A stretch of 64,000 bases of DNA. It comes from Gonapodya sp. JEL0774 (lineage: Eukaryota). Under the pieces are notes generated by a model. The model had not been told where the DNA came from. It worked only from the letters and a program-made list of their open reading frames with translations, and made no database searches. Both the position numbers and the translations under genes were made by a program. The DNA lies in NCBI GenBank assembly GCA_027604505.1, contig JADIIX010000071.1, positions 1-64,000 of the forward strand, read 5' to 3'. Numbering within the stretch: the first letter of the stretch is position 1; the number at the start of each line of letters is the position of its first letter. Of the stretch, positions 1 through 14,886 are shown piece after piece.

Positions 1-371
1 ATCCAACAAAAAGAACCATCCGTGTCACTCAGGTTGTTCAATTTACTGAGGAGTCTTATATCAACAGACATTATTTTGCAGACTGTTCTGTGCCATCATC
101 AATTGATACACCTATTGTACTTAAAGACTCAGCAACAACAGGAAGACCTATTCGCTATCAGCAACTTGATGGTCCTGATAGTGATGATGATGATGACTTT
201 GATGACAATGACAATACTCATAGTCATCCACTTGCACCTGCACCAGATCCATTAGGAGGACGCCTTCCTGGTGTAAGTAGTGGAGCATCTCTTGGGACAA
301 ATCCAGCACAACCTGTAGATATTGGCAGATCAAGTTCAGCACCAGTAGGGAGTGATTCCCTTGGTTGTTGA
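1..371 (+). mobile_element. Ty1/Copia-like pol fragment (post-integrase region), degenerate, truncated by window start
   Basis: Frame 3 reads (D)PTKRTIRVTQVVQFTEE, resembling the Copia post-integrase motif DPxTRKIxxSRDVxFxE, followed by an acidic/Pro-rich linker. The region is CpG-poor. Confidence 0.5.
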
Positions 372-493
372 CAGGGACTACTCTGCATCTCTTTGTTTAT
401 TCAGAATTTTTGCAGAACTTACACTTACAGGCAGGCGTCCTGAGGCATTCTGGTATCTGCACTGTGTGGCTGCTGTCATAAATGCTGCACTAC

Positions 494-3400
494 TCATGGG
501 GGAGACAAATCACGCGGAAATGTTGCAGCCTTCATGTAATGGGAAGAAGAATATCCTATGTTACAAAAGCCCTGGACGTGTGCGCATTCATGTGGACCCA
601 CCTGTTTTGACACCTTCCTGCGTCCCAGTAACTCAACAGACTGACAGAATTGAAAACTGTCTCTAGCTGGAGCCAAATGACAGTCAGGATGAGCATAAGG
701 CTCTGTGTGTTGTACTTGTTTCAGTTGAATGAACACATCCTTCAGGTCATCAACCTCACCTCCGATCGCTAATATCTGCAGTTGGAGTTCATTGAGTTAG
801 GCCTCAAGCTCTCTCACCCTTTGATGCCCCTGACTGCATAGCTCATTAGCAGCTGTCATGGCCAACAACACAACTTCCTTAGTCATTCAGAGTTCGGACC
901 TCTCTTCTTGCCATGTCCCTTTTGGTGCTCCGACTCGCCGGTACCCGGCCGAGTTGGAGTCAAACCCAGACCCAAGCCGGCAGCAAATTCTCCTGACCTG
1001 GACTTGACCCGTCCTTGATCCGACCCGGCAGGTCAGTGCTGGGTCTGACCCGGACTCGACCCGGCCCAGTACAGTCTGACCCACCCCGACCCAGATCCAC
1101 TTGCTAACCTCACCATTTCAACGTTCAAATCTTTCCCAACAGCTCTTCTATACTATTTTAGTGTTTCTACTTTACTTAACTTACATTGTAGAGGTCATAC
1201 ATGAGGATTTGAAGAACAAAATGCCCTATGCACCCTTCACCAACTGTGGGCCGAGCGTCATTGACGAATGCGAGCTAGACCGAGGAGTGGGAGTACTTGT
1301 TCAGACAATTCCACGTGGTTATGCTCCTCTAGAAAGTGTCTCGTGCTCCAAAATTTACTCCCACCGACACTCCTCCATGATTATCCTCTAGAACCACCAT
1401 CTCCCAAAAGTTGCACTTGATGGACAACCTTCTCATAGCTGGTGGCTCCTTTGAGAGCTGAAGCGCACATCATGTTGCTTTCCGTGCCCACAAAGGCTCT
1501 CCGAAGTCCCCACGCATTGCACTCACCGTGATTGCCACCACTTCTGTCCAGTGTCCTCTGTCTAAACGCAGCATGCTTTCATTACTGAGAAAGTTTTTCA
1601 GCACGAAACCTGAATGAATGGTGATGCCAATGTGATTCGATGTATAGTAGAAACAAGACATCGGAACTCACTCACCTCAGCCCGCATTCGATGTTCCATT
1701 ACGAATAGTCCTCTAACTCCACATCCATCCATCAATCGTTTACAGATCCCATGAGCGTGGCTTTAGAGGCGTGTTGTAATGTTCGAGAGGGTGTGGAGTC
1801 TCGTTCAGCACACGTGTCGTTGGTCAACTCCTCCATCGCTCCACCTCCAATCATTGAGATCCAAAGGCCAAACCCATCTCCCTTGCAAATAAGTTGTGTT
1901 GGAGACTTCACGGGTGATGGGAAGATGTTCAGATGGCTGACAAAACAAAAAATCAATTCCAGAACATCTTCATTACAAAGTACAAGAAAACCCCAGATAA
2001 AAATCCTAACAACTAAAGTACATACATATAAAACTGATGATCATTATTGAAACTCGGGTCGACCCAGGTCAGAGTGGGTTTTCAATAGCAATGACCTGAC
2101 CCGACAGTACCAACCATTTCTGTGACCCAGACCTGCTGTACCGGGCAGGGTCAGGTCCGGGTTTTTGGCCCGGCGGTCGGAGCACTAGTCCCTTTCCTCA
2201 ACTGCTTTATTCAACTCCGCTCTCACAGCTTGCATCGCTTCAGCCTCCTCTCTTCTTACCATGTCCATTTCTCCCTCAGCTTTCTTCAACGCTGCAGTCA
2301 CAGATTCCTCTGCTCTGTACGCCTCTCTTCTCACCCTGTCCCCCTCCTGGACTACCATGTTCACATCCACTTGGCACGCCGCTCTTCCTGCCGTTTTCAA
2401 CTCCACTCTCGCAGCTTCCTTCGCTTGGCACGCCTCTCTTCTTGCAGTGTCCCTTTCCTCAACTCCTCTCCTGCAGCTTCTTCAGCTGTTCTGTCCTGTC
2501 ACCGTGCCGCATCCCTTTCATCCTCAGCCTGGATTGTCCTTTCCAAAGCGAAAAGTCTCATGTTGTCGGCTTGGCCAGCCTCCGTTCTCGCCTTCTCCAA
2601 GGCCTCTTCATTCCTTCACTCCACAGCCTCCCTTTCCGCTGTGATCACAATTGAGTTTGTCTTTGAGGCTTTGAGAGAGGTTGAATGTGCCGCATTGGGG
2701 TCGGAAAGGATGTGAATTTCAGATTGGAGTCAAAATCGGTTGATGGTTAGTCTGTGTACTTCATTGTCCCCTCCTTCTCCACAACACTCTTGCAAAGCAT
2801 GTCGCAATCCTGCTGCATCATGTCCCTTCCCACCTCTACTGCCCTCGTCCTCTCATTTGACGCCTCCCTCTTGCACTGCGCAACTTCTCTAGCTGAGACA
2901 GCAGAATTCCACTCCAACTCCAGAGCCTCTGCAACTTCTCAAGCCACAAGAGCAGAATCCCTCTCCGTGGTGATAAGGATCAAGTTTGTCTTTGAGGTTT
3001 TGAGGGCAGTGGACAGTTCCGTGGTGGAGTTGGAAAGGATGCAAATTTTGGATTGGAGGTGATATTGGTCTGTGGTGAGTCTGTGTACTTCATCGTCCCA
3101 CTCCTTGATAATTCTCTCCTTCTCCACAACACTCTATCAAAGCATCTGGAAAACTTGCCATGTGTTGTCACTCTCCAATGTCACCGTGTTTAAGTTGCTC
3201 GCAGTTGCCTTGAGGGTGGTGGACAGGGTGGAGTTGGCTGCAGACATGTCATGCACTTTTCCAGTGAGGGGATTCGTGTGGGCTGTGAGTTCCTTGATTG
3301 ACTCACCTCTTGACACGAGTGCTGCTTGTCTTTCTGCCATGTTTCCTTGCAGGATCTTGCAGTCCTGCTGCGCGTTTTCCCTTTCCGCCTCTGCGCCCTG

Positions 3401-4380
3401 CACCTGTGCCCTTGTCACGTTCCACTTACTCTCCGCTACTTCCTGCAGCTTCAATTCTGTATTGAGCATAGATTTGGCTCGGGATCTCATTGCCTCCATC
3501 ACGCAAACCTTGCTCCTTGGTTGGATTTGCTTGGTGAGCTCCTCCTTGTACAGCGTTTCCTACATCTCCTTCTCTTGCTCACATTGGTTTGTGCTCTGCT
3601 CCACCTCAAGTTGGAGGCTGGCATCATGTGATTTTGGGTGAGAAGGTTGATGTTCATCCACCATCTTTGTGAGGATATCCACCCATTGGGGGTCACTCTG
3701 CGATACAGGGATCGTCGCTTTGTGACAAAGAACAAGTCATATATATCATATTAACTTGCGACTGTGGTTTAAAATACAATCCCCAAAAACACTTTCTGTA
3801 GTATTGCTCACCTGCACAGAGTAACTGTGTGGCACGAGATTTGTTCACCTTGTCTGTGATGTCGAAGGCTCTCAGCAGCCCTTCCACAAACAGGAGGTCT
3901 TCAGAGGACCTATCTGGGAGGTACGCAGATTCCTGAGGAGTTTCAAAAACGATTGAAATCAGATGTCTGTAGCCTCTCAAAAGACTGAGGGGGAGTGTGA
4001 ACGAGGCAGAAGGGTACAGGGGTGCAGAAGTCAGACTGCTGGCAGGGACCAGTTTGGAGGACGTGAGTGCGGTCAGAAGAAGCCATTTGAGCTTGGAAAG
4101 CAAAAAGTTTGAGTGATGGAAAGTTTTGGTGGAAAAACGGACAAATCTGGACAATAATCTGAGATAACTCAGATAAGGGATAAGTCACTCACGTGTGGTG
4201 TGTGTGAATCCATCTCAGCAAGCACTGCAGCTTCAGGCCTGCGCTCCCACTCTCTCGCACTCTGTCCTTTCCGTTCTTTTCCCAGAACCCACTCTTTGCC
4301 CAACCAGGTTGCTCTTGCCGCCTCTCCCACCATCCGTTCCTCAGCCCTCTCTCTTTCCTCTTCTTCTCTATCGTTCAACT
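494..4380 (-). pseudogene. Degenerate coiled-coil protein gene, interrupted by a hAT-like insertion
   Basis: E/K/R/A/L-rich ORF pieces at 3137-3502, 2939-3127 and 2185-2406. The frame resumes across the 923-2187 insertion (AVEERD|MARREVRTLND*...RVRELEA*LNELQLQ) with in-frame TAA stops. Outer limits approximate. Confidence 0.6.
923..2187. mobile_element. Non-autonomous hAT-like DNA transposon (~1.27 kb)
   Basis: TIRs TGGTGCTCCGACTCGCCGG (923-941) and CCGGCGGTCGGAGCACTA (2170-2187; rc begins TAGTG). Perfect 8-bp TSD GTCCCTTT at 915-922 and 2188-2195. GACCC(G) subterminal repeats at both ends. Confidence 0.88.
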
Positions 4381-5258
4381 CTCACTGTGATCTCCCATCT
4401 CCTTTCACCCCTAACCCGGAGAGGGCCATTCCATTCCAACTTTTTAGTGCAACTGCATGGCATGGGAGTGGGTCATAGACGTAAATTCGTACTTTGGCAC
4501 GATCCTGATGCATCCACAGTAGCTGTCTAGGGCAGATGGTCCTTTGCCTGGTCTTGCACCGTGCACAACCGAGGTGAGGCTGGATCGCCAGCCTGGAATC
4601 TAAGTATCGTAATACGCACCTGCTGGAAGCCAACGAGCAAAAATTTCATTTCCTCTCCTATTCTAGGACATATGTAGTGATAGGTGTTGGTTGCGAGGGA
4701 TCGGTTGTCATTCTGATGGGTTTCAGTGGGCGGCATTGTGTAGAACGGAAATGATGCCCTGGCTATGACAAGTGCAGTAGTCTCTTCTACAACATCACTC
4801 AAAACAAGAAATGATGACTTTCGATAGTTGAGCAGAAATCAAATGTATGAGAGAAAAGCTTCATCTGTTGGTGGGATCCGTTTCTGCAGAACCACTTTAT
4901 TAACAATTCTGTTGGACACTAAGTTTACATAAGGGAGCCTGGTAGTGATTATATCGAAGGATTTCAAACTAGGTTTGCAGGGACAACAACACGTTTTGTT
5001 TGTGATATGTGTGTTAAGTACAAGAAAGGAAGGAAAATTATCACTGCTCCGGTAAAAATGGCTGTTCTCTCATCTAAAACAGCATGCCTGGAGATTGTCA
5101 GACATTTAACAGAAGAAAACCACACTTCCCAGCTCGCCACCGTCCTTTTCTCCGTAGCAACAGAGACTACAAATGACATTTCACTCCAGTCGATACGACT
5201 TTCAGCAGATGACACCCAATACCCTCAGCTGTTAATGGCAAAACTCTTTGTGTCACCA

Positions 5259-5346
5259 GAAATCTAAATCCTTCATCCAGCGTTAGTAAATTCTGAATCC
5301 TTCATGGGGTATTAGTGAAATCTGAATCCTTCATCGGGCATTACTA
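5259..5346. repeat. Three imperfect ~28-29-bp tandem units (core TCTRAATCCTTCAT)
   Basis: aaatctaaatccttcatccagcgttagt / aaattctgaatccttcatggggtattagt / gaaatctgaatccttcatcgggcattact. Confidence 0.8.
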
Positions 5347-5451
5347 CCTGCTAGAAGTTCCACATGGATGTATGGTTCAAACTCATCATCGTGAATTTGT
5401 TGCAGCAGATGCACCTTTGCCAACCGCAACTTACCTCACACGGGACCACTC

Positions 5452-7480
<2,029 letters not shown>

Positions 7481-7553
7481 GATTGCCGTGTAGTGTAGTG
7501 TTGGAAGGAAAGTGTGGTGGTAGGGCTTACATAAGGGATGCGCACACGCAATC

Positions 7554-7563
7554 GTGACGTCAC
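7554..7563. promoter_or_regulatory. Perfect CRE (ATF/CREB) palindrome GTGACGTCAC
   Basis: 10-bp palindrome about 75 bp upstream of the HOG1 ATG, in the HOG1/PLPBP divergent intergenic region. Confidence 0.4.
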
Positions 7564-7906
7564 ACAAGTGGAGCACATGTGAGAATGTTATGAAATATGT
7601 ACATTACATTTGTGAATCCGGAGCAAGACATGTACCAACTACACTTGATGTAATTGAGAGGCTTTACGAACAAAAGAGAAGAAACAAAAGAAAAGTGCGT
7701 CTGACGCTTCTTCCGCGATCAGAAGACTGGCTCGTTGAAGTATATGTATATTCATGCTTGTTAGCAATCGATTCATCCAGTTGAACTCAGGATTTCTCCA
7801 TACAATTCGTCGATTATCACGTGTGTCAGCGTTCAGAGTGTGTCCCTCATCGTGTCCTTGACTTTCCACGCCAATCTTATCATAAGATATCGGTACTATC
7901 GCCTAG

Positions 7907-9185
<1,279 letters not shown>

Positions 9186-9318
9186 CATAGTGTGCAAGAA
9201 TCATGATTGTACCTGTGCAATATCAAATGCCCGGGCTATAACACCATGTATACGTGAACTGATATGTTTCGGACAATGAGTAAGCCTGTCCTCCAAACCT
9301 GAGGGCAAATGACATTCG

Positions 9319-10475
9319 TCACCGCGTCTTCGACTTCGACCGCGACCTGTCTCTTGTCACTATTGTCAACATGGCGAGTTCCACGAGCTCCTTTGCGTCG
9401 TTTTCGGCCCTGCACGAACGCCGGCATGTGAGAGAACGCACAAAATTTGGGACACCCCTGACCAGATCAGTACTTCCGTATTTACTCACCACCCTCTCCA
9501 ATCCAACTCTGCGACTTTTTTGGCAGCTTGAATGAGTTGAGGATTATGCAGGGAATCGGATTGAGTGGGATGAAGCTTCACCATGAGGAAGAAGAGGGAA
9601 TGACTGGCAATCTGGCGCTGAAAAGAGAATCGCCGTGAGCGTGAACAGGCGGATGTCATGCGAACGCATTACAAAAAATCAAACCTAGCGCCCGCATACG
9701 CACAAGAAGAGGTGGTTCACTGTCGTTTTCCATGACCGCTGATTTCTCGGCAATTGCAGTCGCCGAGAGGTGTTTCAATCAAACATTAATCCTTCCCACT
9801 CAGCGTGCTCGCACAGCTTACCAGTCATCACCTCAACGATCCCCGCCTCACACAGTGACTCAAGGACTGCTTTGGGAGATCTGCAAAGTATACTAAGGGT
9901 CTGTAGGGATTGCTGCAAGCAATATGCGAAAAGCTGATTCCCATGTTGCACATCTCAAACAAGAATTCGCCAAGGCACCAACTGTTCTCATGGCAGGATG
10001 TTCTTTTGTATTTCGGGTAATGGACAAGAGCGTTTCAAAGATTCGGGTGTCTTGTGCAAGGTACTATGGTGAATTGTGAAGACGCACGTACATGTTTCAC
10101 CTTCATTGTACAAGAAGATCAAATGCGGAAAAGGCCCCCGACTCTCGTGCTCACTGTTTGAACCGCATCTCCTCCACTGAAAGATCGAAGGTATGAGTGG
10201 TCACTACCTTCACAAAACGCCGAAAGCTGGGGATCGCCCACCAGAACTCACTGAAACGCTATATGCCCAATCTCACCTGCCGCTTTGAGCCGCATGCCAA
10301 GATTGCTCGTGGCAAGGCGCTTTACTTCGGTCGCCTGGAGAGGGCATTGTCATGAAGCGGGAATGATATCTGAACTTGGTAGAACGCGACTTCTCACGAG
10401 AGCTTTCAAGTACAGAGATCCACTCTCAACCAGCTCACTGGCAGCAACAGCACCAAGCGGCCGAGGGGCAGACAT
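9319..10475 (-). CDS. Hypothetical small multi-exon helical (possibly ARM-like) protein
   Basis: Series of GT...AG-bounded exons: MSAPRPLGAVAASELVESGSLYLKAL|ATEVKRLATSNLGMRLKAA, TLSILCRSPKAVLESLCEAGIVEVM, RQIASHSLFFLMVKLH...LDWRGW|AENDAKELVELAML. Confidence 0.6.
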
Positions 10476-10665
10476 GGATTGGAGTCTGTGGAAAGAGGGA
10501 AGACTGATCCCAGTGTCGATCATACCCTGATCGATCGGACCCAACCCCTGTTTTGAAGCTGCTTGTTTTGCACCACCCAATCCCATGAATTCACATGATT
10601 TACTATTCGGGGGCATAACAATATTTCACAAGAAACGACACAACAGTGCCACCAATAGATGCACC

Positions 10666-13600
10666 CTATAGAGATGTGGTGAGGTACAACTGTATTAAAT
10701 TCTTCAGTGTGTCTGTTGCAAGCTCGTTCGTCGTGCGTATTGTAACACGGTACATCTATTCAGTCAATGTGATTTAACAGTTCGGCTCCATGGACTCCAC
10801 GAAACAGTATATACTCACTTGTTGTTCCAAATTTGGCTCCAACCGCAGCAGACATCCAACCTTGCCCGCAGCCACTGTACTCAAAATGCCTGCACCAACA
10901 AAATTGCTGGGGTTGGGGTCCACACCATCCAATATCTGCCAGTGTAAGCCCGTTAGGACTTGCTTCGCTGCCGCGAGATCGATTGGCCCTGGACTCTTGA
11001 AAATGATCTGGGACTCTCGGGGAGGACCTCCAATTTGCCTCCATCGATTGAAGAAATCCTGAGAACTGAGTGAAATACCCTCGAAAAACTTGTTCAGCGT
11101 GACGGGCATTTTAACGTCTCTTCGCACGGACATGCCATTGACGGTGTAATTGATAGTCAAGATTGGCGGTTCGGAGAAGACTCCGTTGGATTCGCATGTA
11201 TACATCTGCTGGAACTGTGTCTGGGGTGGGACCACGTTGGCCGAGATAGCTTGAACGAGATTAAAGCGCAGTGCCGGAACAGAGCGAAGGTCGACGGTAA
11301 ATGCTGTGAGGCTTGATTGGGTTTTGTTGCCAAGATAAAGTGCGATCCGACCGAGGTGACTCTAGATGTGATGAATGTCACTTAAACAGCCATCAAAATT
11401 CGCGCGGAAATACTTCATACCTGATATTCAGTTTTTAGCCCAACTTGAATATTTCCATCCTCGTATAGGACTCCGTTTGCGCCAAGCACAAGCTTATTGA
11501 AATATGAAGACAGAGGTGCCAGCGGCTCGGCGGAAGCTGGGTCTGCAGGTGCTGCTGACTTCACGACCAAGCTGCTGCCCATGGCCAAGCCACCTAAAAG
11601 GTCAAGATCGTTCGTTGCGGCCTTGGGAGGTACTGGGGGTGGAGCTGCGCCTACTCCTGCAAGAAGTTGCGTGTCGATTTGAGCTGCTGGGGGGGCAGTC
11701 AGGGACATCGCCCTCTTGCGGTTTGTCCGTTGTTTTATTTCTCTGTTAACGTCCTTTCCACCTATTGCCCACGTCCTACAACCATGGATCCGGTCAGCGC
11801 GCCAGTTCTGGGAGGAATCAAGCAAAGGTTACAACCATACCTCTTATCTTCTGTGTCTAAAATTTTTTTGTGCAGGCGGGTGATAAGAGCGGACTCACGT
11901 TCAGGGAACGGAGGCATTTCGTCACAGACTAAAAACGAGATGGAAAATGGTCTCATTGGACCGTACGCAGCAGTTTTGCTTGAACATGGCATACCAGTTT
12001 GAAGCAAATCGTCTGTTGGCATCAGTGTAATTGCAAGATATTCGCAAGCGCGCTGCTGGAGCTCAACATCGAGCACGCCGGACCATTGCTGGAAAACTTT
12101 GACTGTAAGCAAGTAACGGAATATGATTAGCAATTCAAGAAATGTCTCGCTTCAAAGGTGCTCGCTCACCGATCTCCCCTTTAATTTCCGGGAATAGATT
12201 CACCCTGCAGTAATGAGATCTCGCCTGGTGTCAAAATTGTATCCCAGTTATCACTGTGAGCATAGAAGCAACACTGACATTTTCAGATAGGTGGTCATGA
12301 GCAAAGCTCGAGTTGGTAGCGATACATTGGCGAACTTGGAATGAAGAATTGTAAATTGTTCGATTGGACTTCGTTGGGGAAGGGCGGGAAAAAGTCGATG
12401 ACATTCGCGAAAAGTTTATTGGGATCACAACAGGAGCAGCGTACCTGCACCCCGGCAGGTTGGCCACAAGGTGTCCAAACTCGCCCAGAATGTACCCTCC
12501 CACCTTGACATTGGTCTCATGGCAGGTGGGGGAGCGCAAACTATGAATGACGGTTTTCGCGGCGTATTCCTAGTGATCGGCCCCTTGAGTTGTCGAAGAA
12601 CTCGGAGTGCACTGAAGATCTTTACTCACCTGAAGGTCTTCATTGTTTATCACGATCTGGACAACTCGGTACCAAACTAGAAAGGACGAGCGCTCGTTGG
12701 GGAAGTGTGCAGTACCATCTGATGTCTCACTTACCGTCATCGCTGACATAGTCCCCTCCGACACTGATAAGGGAAATAACGACGTCTAAAAACCACGAGT
12801 ACTCTTCCGCCCATTTCTCAGCGAGAATCGCGACCTTGAGGGCAACTTCTTCCTTAATTGCGTGTTCGGCTACGGGTAGAAACTTTAAGAGCTCGGCCAC
12901 AATTATTTTGGCGTTCGAGCTGTCACACATGGAATAAAGAAGGTCCAAAGCCCTTCGACGGACACTGATATCTCGATCCTTCAGAGATTGCAGGATTACA
13001 TCTTGTAGTTTTTTGATGTCTTCGAGGCCCAGGTCCGACATTCCTGCGAGGTGACACATTGTCTCCAGGGCAAGGAAGCGGACCTAATTGACAGATTATA
13101 AGCTTACTTTCTGCGATACCACGAACGTAGAATACTGGCACGCCACTCACGTTGGTCTCTTTGCTACTGATATACTTCCCGAGAATCTCTGCAGCCAACA
13201 CCACTGTGGGAGATTCAGGATCAAGTTCAATCGCCATGTTAATCGCCTCGAACAAAACAGCGTTCTGGGCATTGCTGTGTTGTGGGTTCTTCGGAATCTC
13301 CGTCGAGTTGGCTGCAAGGGAGGACGATAAGTGGGGTGGGACTCATGTGGGAGCAGAAGTAACCATACTTATGATTGCATTAACGGCACTGATTAATTTA
13401 TTCCGGATTTGAGAGCCGTCAACTTTTTACCGGAGGCTGGTCAGCGCTGGTGAGGGACCGACCGACAGCTCTTATCGAGTAACTTACTCGGGGCAGGGTA
13501 GTATTGAAGGAGTCTGAGGATTTTGACCTGTAGCCACGGCGCCGGAACTTTGTAGTAGACGTAATCCGGTGCATAGTCCCTATCGATGACAATCTTGTAC

Positions 13601-14736
13601 AACTTCTCAATGGCGCGAGGGACGACCTTTGAGTATTGGTCTCCATACTGCTGGGCAAAGGCGGTGAGGAGACTGGCAACGGAGGTTGCAACACCCTGCA
13701 GAGGGAGAAAGAGTGGTTGGATGAGACTGGAGGCTCACGGACGGGGGAATCTGGCGAGAAGGGATCCCCACCAGGTCCGCATGGCCAATGAGCGGGCAGA
13801 TTTGGTCTACCCAGTCCAAAACCGGCATAAGATCGCCGTGCTTTCGGAACAGTCGCAGTAATGTTAACGCCGCCTTCTTTTTGATGAATGGACGCGAGGA
13901 ACTGGGGAGGACTTTCCAGTCGCATTTTGAAATTCCGGAATGAAGGAGGAGGAACTCACGAAACCATTACACGCTCCACATCGATGGCTAGTGACTCAGC
14001 CATCTCTCGTCCTCCAACGTTGGCGATACAATGTAAAGCAAGACACACGTTGATTTCGTTCGCGTCCTCAAGGTCTTTTCGGAGAGAGTTGATCACCAGG
14101 CGAATCATCTCGTTACCGTCACCCAAAAGAAGTGTGCATGCAAGGTATCCCTCAGAGATGCGTAAGTTGGTAAGCAATTCATAGCCAGCAAGAGGACATA
14201 GCGGAGAGGAAGTAACATACAACTTGTTTCTCCGAGTACTTGGAACTCGAAATCAGAGAAATGGCCTCAACGTGACCAAACTCAACCTCATAGCCCAGAA
14301 TGTAGATGTAGAGCAGTTTACAGACATATTTTCGCTTTTGGTAGCCGTTCATGCTTCCCTCTAGAGTTACGAGAGCATGTTAAGAAGGCAACCGACTGCC
14401 ACACATTCGTTCGCTGTGCAAATGCTCACCTTTAAATTTCGAACGGATGTTTGCGAGCTCCTTATTCACCCTCTTCTCCTCCTGCTCCTTGGCGCGACCT
14501 TTCATTGGGACAAATCAGTCATTAAATGCTGCCCATCGAATCCCACAATTGGGTTCCGAATAACCCACAATTCCTCAAATCGGCGATAAAGGTCGTGAGA
14601 CCTCGCACTGTTTATTGATTGCCGGAGACGAACGGAAAAGTCGTCAGTTGCGGAACAACCAGCGGTGGCGTTTGCCAGCCACGGCATGTCGACAAACTAG
14701 AGTCCATAGATGGGATATCTTACTGGCCGTCGACAT
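10666..14736 (-). CDS. AP2A: AP-2 complex subunit alpha (alpha-adaptin), multi-exon
   Basis: [85 protein letters not shown], and a C-terminal ear domain ([10 protein letters not shown]). Confidence 0.96.
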
Positions 14737-14886
14737 TGTGGACGATTTCTCGAGAAACCAGGCGGAGCTTATCAATGCAGACGCTCGAGTCCGAGGCTTG
14801 TGAGTGTTTCACACAAGAATTCCTGGCATGCCCAAATATGCGAAGTGGATGTGCAATGTTCTCGATCGATTGGATCATTTCAGAGG

